NCBI GenBank assembly: GCA_027310265.1
Contig: DAIDBC010000039.1
Span: forward strand, 1-32,646
Direction of reading: 5' to 3'
DNA: 32,646 nucleotides
Origin: Candidatus Colwellbacteria bacterium
GTDB lineage: Bacteria; Patescibacteriota; Minisyncoccia; UBA6257; Colwellbacteraceae
Made by a program: the position numbers and the translations under genes. Below, one piece after another: positions 1 to 7,710 of the stretch (position 1 is the stretch's first letter; every line of letters starts with the position of its first letter). The notes below the pieces were generated by a model that saw only the letters and a list, made by a program, of their open reading frames with translations, did not search any database and had not been told where the DNA came from.

Positions 1-179
1 GGAAGCCGGAACTGATCCGCCAGCAGGCGGTGAATTCCGGAGGGTTCCCCGAAGTGAGCTAGGATAATCTGTCTATTCCAGAGACTCGCTGGTGAGGAGA
101 GGTTTCTGCCGGAACCAAGCTCAAAAGAGCTCCGTAGTTTCCGTCAGGCTATACGGAATCTCGACTCCTAGTCACTGGT

Positions 180-830
180 CTACCCACCGAAGAAGCGGAT
201 GAAGACCTCTACCGCGTTTGTGCCGGCGAAGAGTTGAAAAAGCGCCGCGGATACAAACGAGATGATACCGGAGAAAAAGTAAAGAAAGAATATCAAAAGC
301 ACTAAGCCGATCATCCCCGATTGTTCGACTAGATAGGTGTAACGCGGGGAAACGATGCTAAGTAGTTTGGACCCATCGAGCGGCGGGATCGGCAAGAGGT
401 TGAACACTGCCAAATTTAGATTCAGAAACACAATGTAGCCTAGAAGCGCCGTAGCCGAAACTGGGAGGTAAGGACCACTAAATCTTAAAGCAAGACCGAA
501 AATAATAGCGACTAGAATGTTTGTTGCCGGTCCGGCCAGGGCGACTTTGAGCGGACCGTAACGGTAATCCTTATAAAGATTGTTTGGGTTATAAGGCACC
601 GGTTTGGCCCAGCCCAGCATCACCGGGGAATGGATGAAGTAAAGCAATATAGGCAGGATAACCGAACCAACCGGATCGAGGTGTTTTAGAGGATTCAAGG
701 TAAGTCGCTTCGCCTCTTTGGCCGTGGAGTCACCCAACCTCAGGGCCGCAAAGCCGTGTGCCACCTCGTGGAGTATGACCGAGAAAACAAGTGCAACAAG
801 TTGAAATGCGACAATAAGTGTGGTATTCAT
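180..830 (-). CDS. Site-2 protease (peptidase M50) family membrane zinc metalloprotease
   Basis: HEVAH (HExxH) within a TM segment, NLLPIPPLDG motif, GPATN motif. The ATG at 830 (MNTT) is preferred over the TTG at 839. Confidence 0.92.
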   Translation of the reverse strand: MNTTLIVAFQLVALVFSVILHEVAHGFAALRLGDSTAKEAKRLTLNPLKHLDPVGSVILPILLYFIHSPVMLGWAKPVPYNPNNLYKDYRYGPLKVALAGPATNILVAIIFGLALRFSGPYLPVSATALLGYIVFLNLNLAVFNLLPIPPLDGSKLLSIVSPRYTYLVEQSGMIGLVLLIFFLYFFSGIISFVSAALFQLFAGTNAVEVFIRFFGG

Positions 831-841
831 AAGCGGCAATA

Positions 842-1042
842 ATGAAGCAATGTGAAATCTGCGGCAAGGGTTCGATCATGCGTGGGCACCGTATCAAGCT
901 CCGTGCCACTAAGTATAACCCGCAACCCAAATCGCGGAAATATCCCAATATCCAGCGCACCGTAAACGAGAGTGGTCGGCGTGTTTATGCCTGTGCGCAG
1001 TGCATCAAGGGACTAGCTAAGACCGCCAAGGCAACAAGTTAA
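842..1042 (+). CDS. rpmB: 50S ribosomal protein L28
   Basis: 66 aa, basic, with CEICGK...PNIQ...CAQCIK, the zinc-type L28 pattern. Confidence 0.88.
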   Translation: MKQCEICGKGSIMRGHRIKLRATKYNPQPKSRKYPNIQRTVNESGRRVYACAQCIKGLAKTAKATS

Positions 1043-1044
1043 CC

Positions 1045-1062
1045 GGGGGCTGCAAAGCTCCT
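1045..1062 (+). other. GNRA-capped hairpin between rpmB and tRNA-Pro
   Basis: GGGGGCT-GCAA-AGCTCCT stem-loop with G-U pairs. There is no U-tract, so it may be a processing or stability hairpin. Confidence 0.4.
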
Positions 1063-1067
1063 CATTA

Positions 1068-1138
1068 CGGGCTGTAGTATACCGGTAGTACGCATGCATG
1101 GGGTGCATGTAGACCGGGTTCGATTCCCGGCAGCCCGA
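1068..1138 (+). tRNA. tRNA-Pro(GGG)
   Basis: Acceptor CGGGCTG/CAGCCCG, anticodon arm CATGC-ATGGGGT-GCATG, T arm CCGGG-TTCGATT-CCCGG. CCA is not encoded. Confidence 0.96.
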
Positions 1139-1140
1139 CA

Positions 1141-1710
1141 TTATATCCCCAAAGTCGGCGGCATAATGTCCGCCTTTATTTTTTGCCACCAGGGATAATT
1201 GAGTTTATCTATCCGCTGCAATTCGCCCTCATAAATCGGCCTGAAAAAATCGTTACCGACTTTCATCTCTTCGTAGCATTTCGAAACTAGCGAAAACCGG
1301 TCGGCTAACTTAACTACCTGTGCTTCTTTGGTTCGCTGGACCGATTCTTCTTTCCAGATATTTATGTATTCCTCCCGCAAACCCTGCGGTAGATGTTCAA
1401 ACATAAAACCGATGGTTTGTTCGTTCACGCTAGCAATAGCAGACAGAATCTGATCATTAAAATGTTTGAAAGGATTTACAATATCACCGCTGAAGCCTTC
1501 TTCCGCATCGTGGACTATCGCCATTTTCATCACCTTGGCTTCGTCGACTTCTTCGCCAGCATTTCTCAAGAAATATAGAATTACGCTCGCGAAGTACGCG
1601 GTGTAAAAAGAATGTTCGGCGACCGATTCCGGGAAATGCTGCGGCTTGCCGTTGAAACGCGTGACGTGGGCGAGCGAACGATCCAGAAAATGTTCAAAGG
1701 CGTCGTTCAT
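1141..1710 (-). CDS. HD-domain phosphohydrolase, YfbR-like 5'-deoxynucleotidase
   Basis: R-F...ESVAEHS...HDAEE..GDI..PFK...VKLAD motifs characteristic of the YfbR/HD_3 family. Confidence 0.85.
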   Translation of the reverse strand: MNDAFEHFLDRSLAHVTRFNGKPQHFPESVAEHSFYTAYFASVILYFLRNAGEEVDEAKVMKMAIVHDAEEGFSGDIVNPFKHFNDQILSAIASVNEQTIGFMFEHLPQGLREEYINIWKEESVQRTKEAQVVKLADRFSLVSKCYEEMKVGNDFFRPIYEGELQRIDKLNYPWWQKIKADIMPPTLGI

Positions 1711-1742
1711 GATAAATCTTTCACGATAGAGGCGAAACTCGA

Positions 1743-1870
1743 AGGTCCCGCCTCCGTGAGATTATCCCGGCTTGTGCCAGGTGGGATGGCTCAACCGTCC
1801 GCCAAGGCGGATGATACTGTCGCCTTCCCTTAAAGGTCTGTTTGATCCGGAAACATCGGAAGCGGGACCT
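1743..1870 (-). ncRNA. ssrS: Probable compact 6S RNA (rod with central bubble)
   Basis: 14-bp closing stem AGGUCCCGCUUCCG/CGGAGGCGGGACCU (its G-U pair fixes the minus orientation), then UUCCGG/CCGGGA, a central bubble of ~17/12 nt, GGGA-GGC/GCC-UCCC and a terminal UCCGCC/GGCGGA hairpin. Contains CCCACCUG. The 5' end sits 5 nt below a TGGTATAAT promoter. Confidence 0.68.
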
Positions 1871-1875
1871 GACTA

Positions 1876-1884
1876 ATTATACCA
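1876..1884 (-). promoter_or_regulatory. Extended -10 sigma70 promoter for the ncRNA/HD gene
   Basis: The minus strand reads TG-G-TATAAT, directly upstream of the closing stem. Confidence 0.7.
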
Positions 1885-1923
1885 CCACTTTCAGCTCTGC
1901 AAGACGCCGGAAAATCCCTATAT

Positions 1924-2526
1924 TTACTCCAAAATTCCGTCCAAATTCACATCATAGAGAATTGCCTCACCAACCAGCCGGTAATCCAATATTTCCTGCG
2001 GCGTAAACCAAACCGGGATCTCTTTTTCGGCTTCCTCCGCCGAACCGGAAGCATGGATCAAGTTACGCACCGCCCGGCCATCGGTATCAGCCATCTCGTA
2101 AGAGTCGATGGTTAAGTCACCACGTATCGTTCCAACATCCGAAGTCAGTGGCTCTGTCCCCCCGGTAACTTTGCGCACTACACCAACCGCATTCATCCCC
2201 TGCCAGATCATCGCAACCACCGGACCGGAGGTGATGTACTTCAATAAATTAGCCAAAATTACGTCGGTAACTTTGATCGGATCTTCCGAGGGTGGAATTT
2301 TACCTTTCTTTTTATACGACTCGATGGTCTTCGTGCCGGTTTTCATCGGCCACTCTGGATCGACGGTGTAGTGTTTCCTCACCAGCTCCGCGGTGGGGAT
2401 CACCAATTTCATCGCGACCAGTTTCAGTCCGCTCGATTCGTAACGCTTAATAATTTCACCCACGAGACTGCGTTGGATCCCATCGGGTTTGATAATGACC
2501 AACGTTTTCTCTTTTTTAGGATCCAT
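1924..2526 (-). CDS. ndk: Nucleoside diphosphate kinase (long form)
   Basis: TLVIIKPDG, GTIRGD and RNLIHAS with the catalytic His. Confidence 0.96.
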   Translation of the reverse strand: MDPKKEKTLVIIKPDGIQRSLVGEIIKRYESSGLKLVAMKLVIPTAELVRKHYTVDPEWPMKTGTKTIESYKKKGKIPPSEDPIKVTDVILANLLKYITSGPVVAMIWQGMNAVGVVRKVTGGTEPLTSDVGTIRGDLTIDSYEMADTDGRAVRNLIHASGSAEEAEKEIPVWFTPQEILDYRLVGEAILYDVNLDGILE

Positions 2527-2527
2527 C

Positions 2528-3946
2528 TTACTTTTGTTTTTCTTCTCTTAACTTGATATGCAGTTCTTTCAACTGCGCTTCCGTCACCGGCGAGGGTGCG
2601 TGCATCAGAAGGTCGCGGCCGTCTCCGGTCTTCGGGAACGCGATCACTTCACGGATGTTCGGTTCGTTTTCCAGAAGCATAACGAAACGGTCAATTCCGG
2701 GGGCAATCCCACCGTGCGGCGGCACACCGTATTCAAACGCAGTAAGCATATGCCCGAATTTTTCTTTGATATCTTCGGGTTTGTTGCCCATCGCCTCGAA
2801 AACCGCGGAGAGAAGTTCCGGGTCGTGGATCCGGATTGACCCGCCACCTATCTCATAGCCATTCAGTACGAAATCGTACTGTTTCGCGAGCATCGAAGCG
2901 GGGTCTTTTTTGAACGCTTTCCAAAACTCCTCCGTATCTTTCACCTGCGGCTGGGTAAAGGGATGGTGCACTGCATCCCAGCGCTTTTCGGTTTCTTTCC
3001 ACTCGAATGCTGGAAAGTCGACCACAAAAAGGAAGGCTAGTTCATCCGGATCGTTTTTGTTATCGCGCACGTCTGGCTTATCGCTCCCATACTTCACCAT
3101 TGCTTCTTTGTACGGCATGCGCGGGATGCGACCATTCTTGTCCAACCTAATCTTCTTTTCAGGATAGAGTTCTTTCACCAATTTCAGATAGAGGTCCTCG
3201 ATCAAATCCATTACGTCGTTCTGGTCAACAAAGCTCATCTCGATATCAAGTTGAGTAAACTCCGGCTGACGGTCGCCGCGCGTGTCCTCGTCGCGGAAAC
3301 AACGGGCAATCTGGAAGTAGCGTTCCAGGCCGGCAACCATTAAAAGCTGTTTATACTGCTGGGGCGATTGCGGCAAGGCGTAAAAAGTTCCGGCGTGTAA
3401 TCGCGAAGGAACAAGATAATCCCGCGCACCCTCCGGCGTAGACTTGCCTAAAACTGGCGTTTCGACCTCAACAAATCCCCCCTCGGTCAGATAATCGCGC
3501 ATAAACTTGATGACTTTGTACCGGTTGCGCAAATTTTTCTGCATCCGCGGGCGGCGCAAGTCCAGATAACGCGAAGTCATCCGTAAATCCTCACTCACTT
3601 CGCGACCGTCGGTGTCGATCGCAAACGGCGGCGTTTTTGCTTTGGTAATAACCTCAAGATGATCCACTGGGATTTCCAACTTTCCCGTTGGCAGTTCGTC
3701 GTTTTCCATGCCCCCGGGTCTTGCCGAAACCTTACCCCGCACACGGATAACCCATTCGGAACGAAGAGTATTGGCCAAATCGTATACTTCCTGTTTTTTG
3801 GGAGTGAAAACTAGCTGAACCACGCCGCCGCGATCGCGCAAGTCGATGAAAATTATCTTGCCGTGGTCTCTCCGTCCGGCCACCCAGCCGGCAAGTTCCA
3901 CCTCCTCGTTCTCTTTGCCGAGGATATTCTTTGACAAAATACGCAT
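2528..3946 (-). CDS. aspS: Aspartate--tRNA ligase, short bacterial type, probably non-discriminating
   Basis: OB fold (GWV..RRDHG..FIDLRD), LPQSPQQYKQ, motif 2 CFRDED.R.DRQPEFTQ, motif 3 PPHGGIAPGIDR. At 472 aa it lacks most of the GAD insert. Confidence 0.96.
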   Translation of the reverse strand: MRILSKNILGKENEEVELAGWVAGRRDHGKIIFIDLRDRGGVVQLVFTPKKQEVYDLANTLRSEWVIRVRGKVSARPGGMENDELPTGKLEIPVDHLEVITKAKTPPFAIDTDGREVSEDLRMTSRYLDLRRPRMQKNLRNRYKVIKFMRDYLTEGGFVEVETPVLGKSTPEGARDYLVPSRLHAGTFYALPQSPQQYKQLLMVAGLERYFQIARCFRDEDTRGDRQPEFTQLDIEMSFVDQNDVMDLIEDLYLKLVKELYPEKKIRLDKNGRIPRMPYKEAMVKYGSDKPDVRDNKNDPDELAFLFVVDFPAFEWKETEKRWDAVHHPFTQPQVKDTEEFWKAFKKDPASMLAKQYDFVLNGYEIGGGSIRIHDPELLSAVFEAMGNKPEDIKEKFGHMLTAFEYGVPPHGGIAPGIDRFVMLLENEPNIREVIAFPKTGDGRDLLMHAPSPVTEAQLKELHIKLREEKQK

Positions 3947-3953
3947 TGATTTA

Positions 3954-3981
3954 AATATACCGTGTTTAAGTTTTTGCGCAA
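3954..3981 (-). promoter_or_regulatory. Putative leaderless promoter of aspS
   Basis: TTGCGC-16-TATATT, then 7 nt to the ATG. Confidence 0.5.
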
Positions 3982-3985
3982 ATCT

Positions 3986-4831
3986 TTAATGTCCGTCCGA
4001 CGTTGAAACAGCGAACAAACCGTCCGACGCTCTAATGTGCACCGTGCCGTTTTGGTCGGTGCGGTACACGCTCGCGCCTATTGCCGCTAACCTTTGCACG
4101 GCCGCCGGCGCGGGATGGCCATAGGTATTTTTGCCGACCTCAATGACTGCAACTCGCGGCAGGACACTTTCCAAAAACGGAGTGATCGACGAAGTCTTAG
4201 AACCGTGGTGCGAGACTTTTAAGATATCCGCATTTATCCCACCTCCAGCAACAAGGGACTGTTCCAAAGAGGCAGTAGCATCGCCGGTAAATAGCGCCTT
4301 AACCCCGCCGGAGGATAAACGCACGATCATTGAATCGTCATTTGGATTTGCGGACAACGCCGCATCCGACGGCGCAAGCACCTCCAGCCTGCTTTCTTTA
4401 TAGCGCACCGCATCTCCTTTTTTGAGAACGACCGCGCGGGTGCCGCGGTTATTTAACAGTCCGACCAGATCTTTCCAGGCGCTATCCAGAGATGACTCCC
4501 CGTTCCACACAAACAGGCCGATCTTGTAGCGCTCGAGAATCGGGATCAAGCCGCCGAAGTGATCCAGTTGAGGGTGCGAAAGCAAAACTACGTCCAAATA
4601 GCGGTCGGTGGGCGAAATAGTGTTTCCTAGCGGCGCAAGGGTAGCGCTGCTTGGTCCACCGTCGATCAAAACCTTAACCCCGCCAGGCAGGACGGCAAGT
4701 TCACTGTCCCCTTCCCCACTCTTCAAAAAGTATAGATTTAACGCCGAGTCCGGCGCACCGGCAACTACCCAATACCAGACAAAAAGATTAAGCGAGACGA
4801 GCGCCGAAAAGATTGATAATGAATATTTCAT
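3986..4831 (-). CDS. ComEC/Rec2 metallo-beta-lactamase (nuclease) domain protein
   Basis: GEGDS, LIDGG, SHPQLDHFGG, LFTGDA, KVSHHGS, NTYGHP, RTDQNG. The true start is probably MKYS at 4831, giving an N-terminal TM anchor. Confidence 0.9.
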   Translation of the reverse strand: MKYSLSIFSALVSLNLFVWYWVVAGAPDSALNLYFLKSGEGDSELAVLPGGVKVLIDGGPSSATLAPLGNTISPTDRYLDVVLLSHPQLDHFGGLIPILERYKIGLFVWNGESSLDSAWKDLVGLLNNRGTRAVVLKKGDAVRYKESRLEVLAPSDAALSANPNDDSMIVRLSSGGVKALFTGDATASLEQSLVAGGGINADILKVSHHGSKTSSITPFLESVLPRVAVIEVGKNTYGHPAPAAVQRLAAIGASVYRTDQNGTVHIRASDGLFAVSTSDGH

Positions 4832-6083
4832 AGCCCAAAAGGATGTTAGCAATCCAACCGACCGCGAGCGACAAACTGTTTGAGATATAACCCAAAACAG
4901 CCGCCACGAAACCGAAGAACATTGTCGCCGGGATGAACTCCAGAACAAGCATATTGGATAGCGGCGCAAGTGGAGCAAAAGATCCGAACATAGCAAATGA
5001 TACTGGCAGCGTGCCGATCTGGGCGGCGGTCGTCTCGGCCAAGTTCTTGCGCCACCCCAAGGTACCCTCATTGATATCAGAACGCAGCCATTTACGAAAC
5101 AGCGGCCCCAAAATAACGATGCCCAATAACGCAGCGAATGAAAGTTCAAAACTGGCGTTAAACATTAAAAGCGCCGGGTTAAACAAAAGCATCGCGGCGG
5201 CGGTCAGGGTAATCGCATTCCTGAAACTATAGAGACGGCTCGCTCGCTCTGCGACCAATAAAACTGTTCCCATGATTGCGGCACGGACAACCGAAGCTTC
5301 CGCGCCGGTCATCAGAACAAAAATAACAATGAACACAATTGTTATCCAAAAGGCACGCCGCCTTCCCCACAGAAAAGAACATATTCCGGTAAGTACAAAA
5401 CCAATCACCGAGATATTATAACCGGATAGGGCAACGATGTGGGTCGTACCACTCCTTTTTAGCGCATTGGTGAATTCTGGGGTGAATTCCGCGCGTTCCC
5501 CGAAGATTATCCCCTTTGCAAGCGCGCTTTTATCGGCCGGCAAAATTTTATCGATATTCGCGGTCAAACTATCTTTGACTTCGAAAAGAAACGACCGAAA
5601 AGCGTTGCCGTGTCCGCTTTCCACGAACTTAGCCTCCGGGAGATACATCCGATTGGATAGACCGGCGTAAGCATTCTTTTCAACACTGCCCGTAAGTTTA
5701 AGCAGATCGCCGTACTTAAACCGCGGATACGACGGCAAATAAACCTCCACCGATCCGCTGTATGGCCTCGTCAACGAGACCGTGAGTATCTGGCCGCTCA
5801 CGCGTTCCTGTGGTTCGCCGCTAACTATACCTTCCAGAGTCACTTTTTCGCCTATCGGGACAAGCGGTTCGTGCGCCACGGCATAAAAGCTGTAGTAAAA
5901 AGCGCCGAAGGGGAGTAGCAAGGCAAGCAAAACAAAAATTTTGTTTTTGCGCACAAGATACAAGGTTACGGCAACGAGCGCCGCAGCAAGTAAGACAATA
6001 TAGCCGTTCAACCCAAGGCTTGCCGCCGCAATACCCAACATAAAAAACACCGCCGCGTAGAACGCGGCATCATAGAGATGCAA
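4788..6083 (-). CDS. comEC: ComEC/Rec2 competence membrane channel (OB + Competence domains)
   Basis: SGTTHIVALSGYN, SVVRAAIM, SFELSFAA and many TM helices. The start is probably the TTG at 6083, just after the upstream stop; the ORF is open to 6119. Confidence 0.9.
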   Translation of the reverse strand: MHLYDAAFYAAVFFMLGIAAASLGLNGYIVLLAAALVAVTLYLVRKNKIFVLLALLLPFGAFYYSFYAVAHEPLVPIGEKVTLEGIVSGEPQERVSGQILTVSLTRPYSGSVEVYLPSYPRFKYGDLLKLTGSVEKNAYAGLSNRMYLPEAKFVESGHGNAFRSFLFEVKDSLTANIDKILPADKSALAKGIIFGERAEFTPEFTNALKRSGTTHIVALSGYNISVIGFVLTGICSFLWGRRRAFWITIVFIVIFVLMTGAEASVVRAAIMGTVLLVAERASRLYSFRNAITLTAAAMLLFNPALLMFNASFELSFAALLGIVILGPLFRKWLRSDINEGTLGWRKNLAETTAAQIGTLPVSFAMFGSFAPLAPLSNMLVLEFIPATMFFGFVAAVLGYISNSLSLAVGWIANILLGYEIFIINLFGARLA

Positions 6084-6084
6084 C

Positions 6085-6615
6085 TTAGAACTCGATGCCA
6101 AGTTCTGCGATTCTGCCATCGTTAAAAGGGTGCTTTACCTCGCGCATTTCAGTCACAAGATCGGCTGCCGAGATAAACTCCGGGGGCGCCCCCCGGCCGG
6201 TAAACAGAACCAATTTACTAAACTGGACGTCACGCAGCATCTCTAACGTCTCTTTTGTGTCCAAAAGCCCCAGTGACACTGCAACATTGATTTCGTCGCA
6301 GATCACAACATCCCACCTAGGTAATTCGGACTTTACGTAAGCGAGCGCGTTTTTAGCGGCTTTGATGTGTTCCTCCCGCGGCAGTTTGTCGCCCAAGATT
6401 CCCACAAAACCAAGCCCCATCTTTTTCAGGGTAAATTTACCTTCACTACCTTTATCGTCTTTCTTATTAATATCCACAAAATCCTCGCCGGATTTCCACG
6501 GACCTTTAATGAACTGCACCATAAGCACGCGTTTGCCCCGGCCCACGGCGCGCACAGCCTGGCCCAAAGCGGCCGTGGTCTTACCCTTGCCGTTCCCGGT
6601 AAAGACAATAAGCAT
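6085..6615 (-). CDS. cobO: ATP:corrinoid adenosyltransferase (CobA/CobO/BtuR family)
   Basis: VFTGNGKGKTTAALG, VQFIKG, DEI, TGR, ADLVTEMREVKHPF...GIEF. Confidence 0.94.
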   Translation of the reverse strand: MLIVFTGNGKGKTTAALGQAVRAVGRGKRVLMVQFIKGPWKSGEDFVDINKKDDKGSEGKFTLKKMGLGFVGILGDKLPREEHIKAAKNALAYVKSELPRWDVVICDEINVAVSLGLLDTKETLEMLRDVQFSKLVLFTGRGAPPEFISAADLVTEMREVKHPFNDGRIAELGIEF

Positions 6616-6630
6616 TACGGATAAATAATA

Positions 6631-7710
6631 TCATGAAGCCGAGACGATCACGCCGCCGCCAAGCATCTCACCTCGGTCGGAGTAGAACACTGCGGACTGG
6701 CCCGGCGCCACGAACTTCTGCAGCCTATCGAAAACAAGCTCGTTTCCCTTCAGTACTGCCCGCGCAAGCGGCTGACGGTAACGAACGCGGGCCAAAACCG
6801 GCATATCGCCACGGCTGAACTGCCGATTTTTAGGATTTATAAAGTTCAGCCCATCTAGGTTAACTTTTTGCCGGTAAAGTTTGGGGTTATCGCCGCCTTC
6901 CGCCACGGTAATCGTGTTTTTCGTCATATTCTTATCCGCAATGTAGTACGGGATTTGCGTTTTTTTACGGTAATCAGCGCCGGTGTGCCGTTGACCGATG
7001 GTATAAAATTGCGCCCCACGGTGCTCGCCGATTACCTCGCCGTTTACGGTCAAAACCGCGCCCGATTCTTCCGGAATGTATCTGGAAAGAAACTCAGCAA
7101 GCGTCACCTTGCCGACAAAACAAATTCCCTGTGAATCTTTTTTGCCTGCAGTAGGCAGATTAGCGCTTTTCGCAATCCGCCGCACTTCCTCCTTTAAGTA
7201 GCTGCCCAGAGGAAAAAGACAATGTCTTAGCTGTTCCTGCGTAAGTGTCCATAGAAAATAGGATTGGTCTTTATTCTTGTCCTCCGCTTCAAACAGAGTA
7301 AATGGGCCGTGGTACCGGCGAATGCGTACATAGTGGCCAGTTGCAACGTAATCCGCCCCCATTTTCAGCGCGCGATCCAAAAATAATCCGAATTTTATCT
7401 CGCGGTTGCACACAACGTCAGGATTCGGCGTGATGCCGTTCCGATAGCCTTCAATCATGTACTCGACCACCCGCTCACGATACTCTTTTTCCAGGTCAAA
7501 AACGTAGAAAGGGATATCTAAACATTCGGCCACTCGCCTAGCATCTTCCGCCTCGCGTACATCACAGCCCGCTTCGTTCCAGCAGCGCAGATGCACGCCC
7601 GCGACGTTATACCCCTCCTTTTTTAAGAGGTAAGCGGCGACGGACGAATCCACGCCGCCGGACAAGCCCACGAAAACTGTAGGCGTTTTAGGCTTTAGAG
7701 ACGCGCTCAA
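6631..7710 (-). CDS. mnmA: tRNA 2-thiouridylase MnmA
   Basis: SGGVDS PP-loop, TPNPDVVCNREIKF, ATGHY, KDQSYFL, KKDSQGICF, PGQSAVFY. The start is uncertain (TTG 7710 or ATG 7755); both overlap efp. Confidence 0.96.
   Translation of the reverse strand: MSASLKPKTPTVFVGLSGGVDSSVAAYLLKKEGYNVAGVHLRCWNEAGCDVREAEDARRVAECLDIPFYVFDLEKEYRERVVEYMIEGYRNGITPNPDVVCNREIKFGLFLDRALKMGADYVATGHYVRIRRYHGPFTLFEAEDKNKDQSYFLWTLTQEQLRHCLFPLGSYLKEEVRRIAKSANLPTAGKKDSQGICFVGKVTLAEFLSRYIPEESGAVLTVNGEVIGEHRGAQFYTIGQRHTGADYRKKTQIPYYIADKNMTKNTITVAEGGDNPKLYRQKVNLDGLNFINPKNRQFSRGDMPVLARVRYRQPLARAVLKGNELVFDRLQKFVAPGQSAVFYSDRGEMLGGGVIVSAS

Noticed and set aside
1..176. tmRNA, RNase P, SRP RNA or group I intron
   Set aside because: No tRNA-like 3' end, no ACAGAA..CGGCUUA, no CAGG..GGAA..AGCAG. 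Only weak GACU/AGUC similarity to P7, without J8/7 or P9.
1141..1710. Phage DatZ (Z-genome) or defence HD protein
   Set aside because: No purZ, mazZ or phage context; a YfbR-like housekeeping role is simpler.
1743..1870. Known riboswitch (TPP, ykkC/PRPP, cobalamin, purine)
   Set aside because: Their conserved cores are not recognisable by eye, and the rod-with-bubble fold fits 6S better.
4832..5149. N-terminal extensions in the ORF track (MBL gene, secD, cysS, rplU, rplJ, tsf, rpsB)
   Set aside because: They overlap neighbouring genes or regulatory RNA; downstream starts match the family N-termini.
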